From: Mycobacterium phage prophiGD43A-2
Sequence record: MW584198.1
Reading direction: 5' to 3' (one strand)
Length of the DNA: 40,147 bases
Shown: piece after piece, positions 17,301 to 26,838 of the stretch
Position numbering within the stretch: the stretch's first letter is position 1
Layout of the letters: every line of letters begins with the position of its first letter
Position numbers and translations under genes: made by a program
Notes under the pieces: model-generated
Databases searched by the model: none
What the model saw: only the letters and a program-made list of their open reading frames with translations
What the model was told of the DNA's origin: nothing

Positions 17301-17637
17301 CTTTCCGCTGCCCTTCAAATGCGAACAGCACGCGTACATCCCCGGGGCCGACAATAGCCACGGAAACCCCGATGCCCAGTGGGCCGAGCCGGTAGAGCGC
17401 GACTGCTTCTGGTGGGACCCGGATTCGACGGAAACACCGACGCCGCCGACAGCAGGAACGCGCGCCCTGGCCGACCGCTACCTGGCCGTGGACGCCGCAG
17501 TGGCGGTCGATCACCGCGACAAATTCACCGTCAACGACCAAGAGTTCACCGTCACCGGACTGGCCCAGGATTTCAACCATGGACCGTTCGGATTCTCCCC
17601 GGATCGTCTGGTCATCGAACTGAGATGGGTGGGGTGA
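17293..17637 (+). CDS. Head-to-tail joining protein
   Basis: 114 aa. ATGA-type overlap. Confidence 0.5.
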   Translation: MTSFPLPFKCEQHAYIPGADNSHGNPDAQWAEPVERDCFWWDPDSTETPTPPTAGTRALADRYLAVDAAVAVDHRDKFTVNDQEFTVTGLAQDFNHGPFGFSPDRLVIELRWVG

Positions 17638-17638
17638 T

Positions 17639-17917
17639 ATGGCCGTGAAGTACACCGTCAGCTCGGCGACGATCCGCAAAATGATGACCTCAGCCGGGGT
17701 GAAAGCCGAAGTGCACGAGCGGGGATTGCGTTTAGCGGCCAACGCCAACGAGGTACCCTCGACCACCACCCCGGCGCATGACGGCCTGTACTACGAAGCG
17801 GTTGAAGCATCCGATGACAAACGCGCCCGTACCCGCGTGCAGACCACCGGCCCTCGCGCGGTCAACCATGAGGCCATCACCCAGGCCCTGCTGCGGGCGG
17901 TTTCCGATGCCCGTTGA
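17639..17917 (+). CDS. Head-to-tail/tail terminator-like protein
   Basis: 92 aa. Packed between connector genes. Confidence 0.5.
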   Translation: MAVKYTVSSATIRKMMTSAGVKAEVHERGLRLAANANEVPSTTTPAHDGLYYEAVEASDDKRARTRVQTTGPRAVNHEAITQALLRAVSDAR

Positions 17918-18332
17918 TCTGGTCGAGTTCCCCGACCTCACCGCCCTGGCCCGCGTCATCGCACTGCAAGAACTCGCCGCACGCGGGATCACGGGTATTG
18001 GCATCGGCTCGGGCGCAATCGGCGGCAAGCCACTGCCGCAGCGCTACATTCGGCTATACGCCCTGCCCGGCACCGAGCTATGCCGCCGCGTGCAGAGCGT
18101 CATGATTGTCGGCCAGGTCTACGACACCAACGAAATCCGTGGGTTCGCTACAGCCTCCAAGCTCGGCGCGATCCTGCGCGCCGCCCCTGAAATCGAGCTC
18201 GCAGCAGACAACCCGATCACCGAGCCATGCGAGCTGCACGGACCCTACCCATCCACCGATCCTGACCTACCGACGTATGCGCGGTATCAGGTCAATGTGC
18301 GCTGGACGGTCCAGTCCAGCATCACCGCATAA
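17907..18332 (+). CDS. Tail terminator / head-tail joining protein
   Basis: 141 aa. ATG at 17907 overlaps the upstream stop. It immediately precedes the major tail gene. Confidence 0.5.
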   Translation: MPVDLVEFPDLTALARVIALQELAARGITGIGIGSGAIGGKPLPQRYIRLYALPGTELCRRVQSVMIVGQVYDTNEIRGFATASKLGAILRAAPEIELAADNPITEPCELHGPYPSTDPDLPTYARYQVNVRWTVQSSITA

Positions 18333-18421
18333 CACACCAGTCCCAAGGTAAACCCTGTGTCGCAGTCGCGGACGGGGCAATTTGTCGTGCCCACTCGGGC
18401 GCACCCCAAGGAGGAAAGATA

Positions 18422-19282
18422 GTGGCGCACACCAATGTTCGAAACACCGGCGTTTGGGTCCCCAAGGGCCTGGGCGGCGTATTCCGATACCCGCTGGGCA
18501 CCCCCCTGCCCACCGACCCGTGGAGCCCACGGCCCGTCGTCCCCGGCTGGGACCCGCGCCTTGGCGGTTGCGATGACACCGGGGTCACGTGGACCACCAA
18601 GCGTGACACCGATAAAAAGAAGGACTGGAACGGCGACAAGGTGCGCGGCGTGCAGACCGGCAAGGACGACACCTGGAAACTGAAATACATCGAGCCCAAG
18701 AACTCGCGCGTGATGGAAGAGTATTTCGGCAAGGCCAACGTGACCGTCACCGAGGCCACCACACAGCACGGAACCCTGATTACTGCTGTGTCCAATTCCG
18801 ATGTGCTACCGCACTTCTCGTACATCGTGGATGTGTTCGACGGCGCGGTGCGTAAGCGCCGGTGCATTCCCGATGCGCAGGTCGCCGAAAACGGGGATGA
18901 GATCTGGCAGTCCAAGGACTGGACCGCCCTGGAGTTCACCTATGACATGTTCCCGGATTTGGCGGGCAATACGTTCTACGACTACACCGAGTTGGACGAC
19001 AAGCTGATCGAGGCCACCTATCTGGTGACGCTGGCCGGTTCGCCGACCGCTGGCAGCTTCGATTTCGTGGTGGCCGGGCAGCCCGCCGAAATCGCCTACA
19101 ACACCACGCAGGCCGCGTTTCAAACGGCCGTGTCCGCGCTGCCGAATGTCAAGGCCGCAACAGTCGCTGGCAGTGCTGGTGGCCCCTTCACGGTCAAGGT
19201 CACCACAGCCGGTGTGGCGCCGGTGTCTGTCGATGACACGGACCTGACCGGCGGCACGGTGTCTGTCGGCATCGCGCCGTAG
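18422..19282 (+). CDS. Major tail subunit (with C-terminal Ig-like domain)
   Basis: Very strong AAGGAGG RBS with a GTG start. 286 aa. The C-terminus has an Ig-like FTVKVTTAGVAPVSVDDTDLTGGTVSV. A hairpin follows. Confidence 0.8.
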   Translation: MAHTNVRNTGVWVPKGLGGVFRYPLGTPLPTDPWSPRPVVPGWDPRLGGCDDTGVTWTTKRDTDKKKDWNGDKVRGVQTGKDDTWKLKYIEPKNSRVMEEYFGKANVTVTEATTQHGTLITAVSNSDVLPHFSYIVDVFDGAVRKRRCIPDAQVAENGDEIWQSKDWTALEFTYDMFPDLAGNTFYDYTELDDKLIEATYLVTLAGSPTAGSFDFVVAGQPAEIAYNTTQAAFQTAVSALPNVKAATVAGSAGGPFTVKVTTAGVAPVSVDDTDLTGGTVSVGIAP

Positions 19283-19290
19283 CTGCCCCC

Positions 19291-19331
19291 TCTGGACCCC
19301 ACCGGCCGCCGTTTAACGCCTTGGGCGGCGG
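19291..19331 (+). terminator. Stem-loop after the major tail gene (13-bp perfect inverted repeat CCACCGGCCGCCG / CGGCGGCCGGTGG)
   Basis: GC-rich hairpin immediately after the highly expressed tail gene. There is no T-run, so it may act as an attenuator or RNA stabiliser. Confidence 0.35.
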
Positions 19332-19375
19332 CCGGTGGTCACAGGAAAAACCAAGGTGAGACAAGGTGATGTGAC

Positions 19376-19867
19376 ATGACAAAGAGCAAGAGGCTCGGCC
19401 CGCTGGATGAGTCGGGGATGCACACCGTTATCGAGACCGACGAGGCAACCCCGGAGGCCACCGAGACCACGGACGGCCCGGCCAGTGATGAGCCGCAGAA
19501 GCCGCTGCCGGGCGATGCGGAGTACGACTGGTCGGCACACTACGGTGAAGATGTCGAGTTGTACCGGCACACCTTCCGCGACGGAACGGTTGTGGCGCTG
19601 CGCCCATTCGGGTCAGCGTTCTCCAAGACGCTGCTGTGGAAACTCCGTAACGCCGAGTCTGAGGCCGAGGTGCAGTTCACGGCCATCATGCGCGGCGGAT
19701 GCCCTGCCGTTGATGTCGTGCTGGACCGGGTAGCTGCCGCAGCGCTCGACGCCGATGACTACGCGTACGACCCGATCGATGACCTGTTCGGGTCGTGGAT
19801 GAAAGCGGGCACCAGCACCACCGAAGACGCCGATGATGGTCTGTCACTGGGAAAATCCGCGAGCTAG
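19376..19867 (+). CDS. Tail assembly chaperone (G)
   Basis: 163-aa acidic protein between the major tail and tape measure genes. Slippery site G_GGA_AAA at 19849..19855. Confidence 0.8.
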   Translation: MTKSKRLGPLDESGMHTVIETDEATPEATETTDGPASDEPQKPLPGDAEYDWSAHYGEDVELYRHTFRDGTVVALRPFGSAFSKTLLWKLRNAESEAEVQFTAIMRGGCPAVDVVLDRVAAAALDADDYAYDPIDDLFGSWMKAGTSTTEDADDGLSLGKSAS

Positions 19868-20247
19868 CCGACATCGTCTTTGAACATATCGACGCCATCG
19901 AGCGCGATCTGTTCTCAGATAATCGGGTATTTGAAGACCTCGGCTGGCGCGGCTTGTGGGCCTATGTCACCGCCGCGCCACCGGGGACCGCGATCCACCA
20001 CGCCCGATCCGAGGGCATGTCGATCGAGGCCCAGCTCGGCGCCGAACTGCTCAACGAGCTTTCGGAACTGCATTGGCGTTACAACGCAGTGCATTTCGAG
20101 GGCGGATCAAAGATTGCGTTCCCAGAACGCTTGTCGTTGCGCGAGTTGATCTATGGCCGTGAGCCGGTTGAAGAGATCGATTATGACGCGCACATAGCCA
20201 ACACCGAAGTGGACCCCAGGGTCCGCGCGATGCTGCAAGGAGGTTGA
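19376..20247 (+). CDS. Tail assembly chaperone G-T fusion via programmed -1 frameshift at GGGAAAA (19849..19855)
   Basis: The -1 frame after the heptamer is open through to TGA 20245..20247, which is the track ORF 19954..20247 frame. This is the conserved arrangement upstream of the tape measure gene. Confidence 0.7.
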
Positions 20248-20254
20248 TTCAGCC

Positions 20255-23200
20255 ATGCCTGAGATAGAAACCCTCTGGATACCCCTTGCGGTCACGGGTA
20301 AGAACCTCAAGCGCGACATGGAGCGCGAGGTCACCGGCGTCGGAACGCACGGCGGTAACAAGATCGCCAAAGAGATGGAGGACGCCACCGGCAAAGGCGC
20401 TAAACGTGCTGCGGCGCAGATCGACCGGAGCCTGGGCCGCAGCCTGGGCGAGAGGACCGGCGCCGCACTGGGTACCGCGCTGGGTGTGGGGCTGCGTCCG
20501 GTCGTCGGGACCGTGCAGCGCCTCGGCGGCGAGGCTGGCCGCCAGTGGGTGCAGAAGTTCTCCCAGCAGCTCGCCAACGCAAAAGTCAACGCCCCCAAGG
20601 TCAACGCACCGATCAATGTCGATCTACCGGGCAGCAGCGGCGGGGGCAGTGGGCTCGCGGCGGCGGGCATGCTGGGGGCCATCACGCGCGTCGCTGGCCC
20701 CGCCGCGATCGCGCTCGGGGTCACCGGCTTGGCGTACAAAACATTGTCGGCCGGGTTCGACCGCGCGAAAAGCCTGGACGCTACCCGGTTTAAGTTGCAG
20801 GCGCTCGGCAATGACGCGGCGGCGGTCACCGCGATCATGAACGCCGCGCAGGGCTCGGTGAAGGGCACCGCGTTCTCGCTGGACGCGGCGGCCTCCACGG
20901 CGGCCACGGCGGTCGCAGCCGGGGTTAAGCCCGGCGAGGATCTGGCCAAGTATCTGGGCACGGTGGCCGATGCGGCGGCGATTGCGGGCGCCGACCTGGG
21001 CGATATGGGCCACATCTTCAACAAGGTGCAGACCTCAGGCAAGGCGATGACCGATGACCTGAATATGTTGGGCGATCGGGGATTGCCGATCTTCGCGTGG
21101 CTGCAAAAGGAATACAAGGTCACCGGCGCCGAGCTGTCCAAGATGGTGGAGAAGGGGCAAGTCGACGCCGCCACATTCCAGAAGGTCATCGCCGAGAACG
21201 TCGGCGGTGCGGCCAAGAAGATGGGCGGCACATTCGAGGGCTCGGTCAAGAACATGGGCGCCGCGCTCGGGCGCCTGGGGGAGGCGTTCATTTCCCCGTT
21301 CCTGGGCAGCGGCACCGATGCCCTCGGCCAAATCACAGTCGGCATTGACAAGGTGGCCGGGTTCATCAAGGAGCACCAGCCTGAAATCATCCGGTTCGCC
21401 GCCGCTGTCGGGACCGGGTTCACCTCCATGGCGGGCTCTATCGCGCGCGGTCTGGGCAACGGGCTGCGGTTCATCGCCCGTTTCGTGGACGGCATCAAAA
21501 CCGCCTCCAGCGGTATCGGCGGGTTCTTCTCAGCCTTGGGCCTGACCGGCATCGGGGATGCGTTGCAGCGCTGGGGCTCTGATCGCAGCGTCAACGACTG
21601 GCTGCGTGATGCGGCCAAGTCCGTGGATGACTTCGGGAACCGGGCGACCGCCGCCTCGGACCGGATCGCCAAGTGGGGTGAGGACACCGCCGAAACCACC
21701 AAGATCGTCAATGCTCTTGGGGCTGCGGTGCAGGAGGTGCCCGACACCCACGAAATCGTCCTGACGGACAACTCGCCCGAGCAGATCGCCAAGCTGAACG
21801 CCATCGGTTACACCGTCAAGACGATGCCTGACGGCAAGAACCTAGTTATCCGGGTCGATGACAGTGACGCCGCTGAACGCATGCGGGCGCTGCGCGCTGA
21901 ACTCGAGGATTTGGTCAGCCACCCCAAGACGGTCAAGGTCACCACCGAGTTCGCGCAGAACGCGGCCAGCGCCCAACCGGTTATCCCGACCACCTCGGCC
22001 CCGTCTGGGCCGTTCCCGTTCGCCACCAACCTGCTGCCACGCATGTTCGGGGCCATCGCCATGGCCTCTGGTGGGCTGCGGTTCATCAACAAACCGGCCT
22101 ACGCCGACATCTACGCCGGGCGCGGGGCGGGCACGATTTTCGCCGAGCAAGAAACTGGCGGCGAGGCATACATTCCGCTGGCGCCGTCCAAGCGTTCCCG
22201 CAGCACCGCGATCCTGCGCGAGGTGATGCGGATATTCGGCATCAACAGCTTCGCGGGCGGCGGCATCAGCGTCGACGAACTCAAAGCCATGGCCAGCGGT
22301 ATCGAGGGGCAAAGCTACGGCTGGGGTGCCCCGGCCGGGCCGAACTCAGATTGCTCGGGTACCCAATCGTGGCTCGCCAACATGATCAGCGGCGGCACCG
22401 GACGCTTCGCCACCGCCTCACAAGGCAGCGCGTTGGCAGCGCGCGGGTTTCAAATGGGAGACCCACCACCGGGTATCGCCGCGTACTGGATCGGCTGGAA
22501 AAACGGCGGGCCGGGCGGCGGGCACACCGCGGGCACCATCGTGGACCCCGAGGGCGGCAACGTCAACGTCGAGATGGGCGGCAAGCGCGGTAACGGGCAG
22601 TTCGGCGGCGGCGCGGCGGGCGCGCGTGACTTCCCGAGCCGGGCATGGATCGCGCTGGCCGCTGGCGATAACGGGCAAACCACCGGAGGCGGCGGCGCCT
22701 CCCCGTCCCAGGTCATGTCCGCGCAATCCTCGGTGCGCCGCACCAAGGCCGCCACAGCCGCAGCGCAGAAAGACCTGGATGACGCGAACGCCGAACTGAA
22801 CTCGGCCCCCGATGACAAGAAACGCGCTGCCGCTGAGAAGAAACGCGACAACGCCCAACGGCGCCTGGATTCGGCCAAAGACCGCCAGGCCGTCGCTGAA
22901 CAGCGCCTCTCTGAGGTCCTGGACAAGAAAGCCAAGGGCACCAACAAGGAGGTGGGCGATGCGGGTAGCGGCATGGGTCAAGGGCTCGGTGCGGGCATCA
23001 TCTCCGGCCTATTCCAAGGACTCGGTATCGATGGCTCGGTGTTCTCCAACCCGATGGACTGGCCCAACGTCAAGTCCGGTATGGCGGCGCTGAACTGGGG
23101 TCTGAACTTCGCCCAAAAATGGGCCGGCGCAGGAGCCCAAGACGGCGGTAGCGGCCAAATCCCCGGCGCAGGTGCCGAATTGAACTTCGGCGGCGAGGTC

Positions 23201-23392
23201 GCAGACGGCATGCTCGGCGGCCTGGGCCTGACCGCACCCAAGGAGCCCGCCCCGGCAACCGCGCCCGCCCCGAGCGGCGGCGGCGATACCTACAACCTGT
23301 CTGGTGTTTCACCAAAGGAGATCATGCCCAAACTCGAAGCGCGATCATTCGCGGCCAATCAGCGCCACCTGGGCACCAGGCGGCCATCATGA
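20255..23392 (+). CDS. Tape measure protein
   Basis: 1045 aa. It is Gly/Ala-rich with a C-terminal peptidoglycan-hydrolase-like region (CSGTQSWLANMISGG...). AAGGAGG RBS. Confidence 0.9.
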   Translation: MPEIETLWIPLAVTGKNLKRDMEREVTGVGTHGGNKIAKEMEDATGKGAKRAAAQIDRSLGRSLGERTGAALGTALGVGLRPVVGTVQRLGGEAGRQWVQKFSQQLANAKVNAPKVNAPINVDLPGSSGGGSGLAAAGMLGAITRVAGPAAIALGVTGLAYKTLSAGFDRAKSLDATRFKLQALGNDAAAVTAIMNAAQGSVKGTAFSLDAAASTAATAVAAGVKPGEDLAKYLGTVADAAAIAGADLGDMGHIFNKVQTSGKAMTDDLNMLGDRGLPIFAWLQKEYKVTGAELSKMVEKGQVDAATFQKVIAENVGGAAKKMGGTFEGSVKNMGAALGRLGEAFISPFLGSGTDALGQITVGIDKVAGFIKEHQPEIIRFAAAVGTGFTSMAGSIARGLGNGLRFIARFVDGIKTASSGIGGFFSALGLTGIGDALQRWGSDRSVNDWLRDAAKSVDDFGNRATAASDRIAKWGEDTAETTKIVNALGAAVQEVPDTHEIVLTDNSPEQIAKLNAIGYTVKTMPDGKNLVIRVDDSDAAERMRALRAELEDLVSHPKTVKVTTEFAQNAASAQPVIPTTSAPSGPFPFATNLLPRMFGAIAMASGGLRFINKPAYADIYAGRGAGTIFAEQETGGEAYIPLAPSKRSRSTAILREVMRIFGINSFAGGGISVDELKAMASGIEGQSYGWGAPAGPNSDCSGTQSWLANMISGGTGRFATASQGSALAARGFQMGDPPPGIAAYWIGWKNGGPGGGHTAGTIVDPEGGNVNVEMGGKRGNGQFGGGAAGARDFPSRAWIALAAGDNGQTTGGGGASPSQVMSAQSSVRRTKAATAAAQKDLDDANAELNSAPDDKKRAAAEKKRDNAQRRLDSAKDRQAVAEQRLSEVLDKKAKGTNKEVGDAGSGMGQGLGAGIISGLFQGLGIDGSVFSNPMDWPNVKSGMAALNWGLNFAQKWAGAGAQDGGSGQIPGAGAELNFGGEVADGMLGGLGLTAPKEPAPATAPAPSGGGDTYNLSGVSPKEIMPKLEARSFAANQRHLGTRRPS

Positions 23393-24486
23393 GCGCAAGC
23401 AAATGGCTCAAGTACGACCCGATCCTGGATCGCGCCGCGCAGCCCTCATTTGCGACCTGGACCGACCGGGACATGGGTAAGTACGCCAAGCAGTTGCAAT
23501 CGGATCAAACCAAACGGGTGTACGTGTCCCCGGACGGGCAGCGCGTCTATAACCTGGCGGGCGGATTCAAAGGGAACCGGGGCGTGGTGCAGGCACCGGG
23601 CATGAAGGGTGCCACCGGCGTCGCATTCGATCAGCTGTACTCATCGGGGCCGTGGATGCTCGGCGAAGAGCCTGAGCGCACCGACTACCGCAAGCGGGTC
23701 TTGAACCTTGCGCTGCATTTCGCCCCGCACATCAACGCCGTGTCGAAACTGCGCTACCCGGACACCGGTATAGCGCTAGAACAGATTCAGGCCCAATGGT
23801 GGCGGGACTGGCCCGAAGACGTTGATCTGCCCATGGGTTTCATGGGCGAGTTCACCCGCTACGACGGCTGGCACTGGATACGGGTCCGCAACGGTGAACC
23901 CAATTTCGATACCGTCGAGATTGACCCGCGCGCGTACGGAAACTATTACGCCGCAGCGTCCATGACGATTCACTGCCCGTTCCCGTTCTACTCCAAGCGG
24001 GCATTGACCCGCGAGTGGCGCAATGACGCGGCCAACGCCGTGATCAACGGGCGCAACCACGGCATATTGCGGCTACCCAACAAAGGCGACTACGAGCAAT
24101 GGCCCAAGTTCATTGTCGAGGGTGCAGGGAAGGTGTCGATTCAGGACGGATTGACCGACCGCATGGTGGACATCGAAATCTTCCCCTCGGACGGCATGGT
24201 GCTCGTGGACACCGACCCGTCGGCGCGAACCCTTACCTCCGAACATGATCCGATCGACAACGCGTTGTGGAAACTGATCCGCAACAGCGACATCCTTGAC
24301 TTCATCCTCGGGGACATCACCAACGCCCGCGCCGGTGTCCCGATCGGGCGCCGCGTGCCGGGCGGGGTCGGGTTCATGTCCCCGATTCCCTCGGAAAAGA
24401 TGGCCAATATCAAAGTGACGCACACCAATCCGGCAGGAAAGATCACCATGGTCATGTCGCAGTGGTACCGGCGCGGGGTGGCCTGA
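23389..24486 (+). CDS. Minor tail protein (distal tail protein-like)
   Basis: ATGA overlap with TMP. 365 aa. Confidence 0.7.
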   Translation: MSASKWLKYDPILDRAAQPSFATWTDRDMGKYAKQLQSDQTKRVYVSPDGQRVYNLAGGFKGNRGVVQAPGMKGATGVAFDQLYSSGPWMLGEEPERTDYRKRVLNLALHFAPHINAVSKLRYPDTGIALEQIQAQWWRDWPEDVDLPMGFMGEFTRYDGWHWIRVRNGEPNFDTVEIDPRAYGNYYAAASMTIHCPFPFYSKRALTREWRNDAANAVINGRNHGILRLPNKGDYEQWPKFIVEGAGKVSIQDGLTDRMVDIEIFPSDGMVLVDTDPSARTLTSEHDPIDNALWKLIRNSDILDFILGDITNARAGVPIGRRVPGGVGFMSPIPSEKMANIKVTHTNPAGKITMVMSQWYRRGVA

Positions 24487-26243
24487 TGTCCGACTCATGG
24501 CTTGACGTATGGGCCGACAATGCAAAGGTTCGGCGCGTCATCACCGCGCCCACCGATCCGATCACCAAGTACCGGCTGTTGGACGGTCGGCGCGAGATAT
24601 GGCGCCGCGCAGCCAAACAGCCGCCACTGCTGCGGGTCCTGGACAAGCAGCTCAAGTATCTAGGCACGCTGCGCGGCCAGGTCCGTGAAGGCGATTGGGA
24701 ACGGCTCTGTGATGACACCGGTGTCGGCAAGATCCGGGTACGCCGCGATGATTGGCTGGCCGACCTCATGGCCCGTGGCACCCGCTACACCGAGGACCTG
24801 CACCTGGCGATCGACCCCAACCCCAACATCCGATCCTGGAGAACTCGTCTCGGGTACCGGATTCAATCGGTGGTTGCGGTCAAAGATGAGGACGGCACCC
24901 ATTGGGTTGACCTGGAACTGATTTCGCTGCGCGAGCACGCCAAGCACATCGCCCTCATTCCGACACCCATCTCAGCCCCAGAGTTTCAGCCCCTCAAGGC
25001 GTGGGTGTGGTTGCAGAACTTCCGCTCGGGCATGGCGTTCACCACGTTCTTGAACCTGCTGCGCACGTTCTGGCCGTTCCTGGCGTTGCCGACCTCATGG
25101 GCCGATCCGGTGCACTGGCTGACCACCCGCGCCGGGAACCTCTCACCGCTGCATTGGCCGATTCAAGTCCAATTCGTCAACCCGGTCTTGGACACCTCGC
25201 GGATTGTTCCGATCGCCGCGAAAGCGCAAATGCTGCATGACATTCACGCCCCGCTCGGCGAAGACACCGGCGTGGTCTTGATGGACTATCTATGGCTAGA
25301 AGAGGATGAGACCAGCCCGCACCCCGAACTCGCCGCGCTCGTGGGCGAGAAACTGGCGCGGCCCACCCGCAACTGTGTGGTGCTCGCCTTTGAGCAGAAG
25401 GACGGGATTGTCGGCCCCACCGGAACGGCGTTCGACGGCGCTCTGAACGCTGTCGGCGCCATCCTGGATGACACCATCACCGAGGTCATCTTGCCCCTCG
25501 ACCAGGACGGCGACGGCCTGACCGATCCGTTCTTTCGGCGCCTGCTCGGCGTGGCACCCGAGAAACCCTCGCTGGTGTGGAGGGAATGCAAGCACTCGGG
25601 CATCATCACCAGCGCCCACCGCATGCAGCGTGGCACCGCCCGCACCGTTTGGACCGGCGGGCACAGCCCCACAATCCTTAACCAGGCCATCACTTTTGGT
25701 GTGCGCTATGCACTCGCGCAATTGGAACAGGTGATTCCTTATCCGGGCTCGGCGTATCAGCAGCCGGGCAGCTCGGGGCTGGACAACATCTACCAGGAGC
25801 AGCTGTCGGACCTGTTTTTCGCCTGGCAAAAGTGGACGAATCCTAAAGTGGCGCTGTGGCTTAACGACTACGCCCTGATCGATCACGTCGAGCCGGGCAA
25901 CGGTATCGCCTGGGTGGTCTCCAGTGCGTTGACGATCCGCCAGGGCATGAGTAAGACCATGCCCAAGGTCGCGTTCACCATGACCACCCGCGACGGGCAC
26001 CCCCACGTGTACGGATTCGACTACCTGGTGGGCGATCGCGGCATGTGGGAAGTCGATTCCATCTACTACGTCAACAACATTCGCGGCATGAAGTGGTCCG
26101 TGACCGAAAAGACCCCGATGGCGCAAACCCTCACCATCGGCAAGGCCCGCGATCATGACCCATTCGAGGCGGGCATGAAAGCACTCGCGGACGGCTGGAA
26201 CGCCATCGGCTCACTCATCGGCGGCGCCGCGATCGCGGCCTAA
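24486..26243 (+). CDS. Minor tail protein (tail-associated, baseplate hub-like)
   Basis: TGATG coupling. 585 aa. Confidence 0.7.
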   Translation: MSDSWLDVWADNAKVRRVITAPTDPITKYRLLDGRREIWRRAAKQPPLLRVLDKQLKYLGTLRGQVREGDWERLCDDTGVGKIRVRRDDWLADLMARGTRYTEDLHLAIDPNPNIRSWRTRLGYRIQSVVAVKDEDGTHWVDLELISLREHAKHIALIPTPISAPEFQPLKAWVWLQNFRSGMAFTTFLNLLRTFWPFLALPTSWADPVHWLTTRAGNLSPLHWPIQVQFVNPVLDTSRIVPIAAKAQMLHDIHAPLGEDTGVVLMDYLWLEEDETSPHPELAALVGEKLARPTRNCVVLAFEQKDGIVGPTGTAFDGALNAVGAILDDTITEVILPLDQDGDGLTDPFFRRLLGVAPEKPSLVWRECKHSGIITSAHRMQRGTARTVWTGGHSPTILNQAITFGVRYALAQLEQVIPYPGSAYQQPGSSGLDNIYQEQLSDLFFAWQKWTNPKVALWLNDYALIDHVEPGNGIAWVVSSALTIRQGMSKTMPKVAFTMTTRDGHPHVYGFDYLVGDRGMWEVDSIYYVNNIRGMKWSVTEKTPMAQTLTIGKARDHDPFEAGMKALADGWNAIGSLIGGAAIAA

Positions 26244-26314
26244 CCCACCACATCCAACACCCACCCCCCGGCGCCAGCTGCGGGGTCATTCGTCATACCC
26301 CAAAGGAGGGACAC

Positions 26315-26452
26315 ATGCAGTGTTGGCAAAACGCCGGCGGATGCCACAAACAGCCTGTCACCAGCGGCTCTGCGAGAACTCAGCTAAGGCCCCAGACCTG
26401 GGCGGGACATGCGCATGGTCGCAAGGAACGCATGGACGGTAACGCGGCATGA
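26315..26452 (+). CDS. Small Cys/His-rich protein (45 aa), not in the ORF track
   Basis: AAAGGAGGG RBS 5 nt upstream of the ATG. The translation is MQCWQNAGGCHKQPVTSGSARTQLRPQTWAGHAHGRKERMDGNAA. Its TGA overlaps the ATG of the 26449 gene (ATGA). Confidence 0.4.
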   Translation: MQCWQNAGGCHKQPVTSGSARTQLRPQTWAGHAHGRKERMDGNAA

Positions 26453-26838
26453 GCGAACGCAAGCCCAAGGACCCTAAGGCTCGTGAACTGCTCGACGCCG
26501 CCGCCCGCATCACCGACGCGCTGGCGTTCGCGCGCGGCCCACGCGGTGAGGTGCTGTACCTGACCGACGACCAGCGGGTCTGCTTCGCGTTCCACCTGGC
26601 CCGCGCCGGGGGCGATATCTACCCGGACAAGGCGATCATCAAGCGCCGCGCCCTGCCCGATCGTCCGGGGCAGCTCACGGGAGTTATCGACTGGGTGCCC
26701 CTCGATTGGGAAGAGGACCCCGAGGCCCCCGAACCCATCTCAGCGGTCGGGCCGGTCCCGGTGCCGCCCGAGCTGCCCGATTTCGACGCCATGACGCCAT
26801 GGCACACCAACACACGTATTGAAGGAGATTGGACGTGA
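26449..26838 (+). CDS. Hypothetical protein in the tail module
   Basis: 129 aa. Confidence 0.55.
   Translation: MSERKPKDPKARELLDAAARITDALAFARGPRGEVLYLTDDQRVCFAFHLARAGGDIYPDKAIIKRRALPDRPGQLTGVIDWVPLDWEEDPEAPEPISAVGPVPVPPELPDFDAMTPWHTNTRIEGDWT

Noticed and set aside
16969-17769. 266-aa minus-strand ORF across the head-tail connector genes
   Set aside because: Antisense to three coupled + strand structural genes. Arg/Pro-rich artefact.
20107-21804. 565-aa minus-strand ORF antisense to the tape measure gene
   Set aside because: Ala/Pro/Ser-rich low-complexity translation typical of the reverse strand of a high-GC coding region. It has no RBS and is fully embedded in a well-supported gene.
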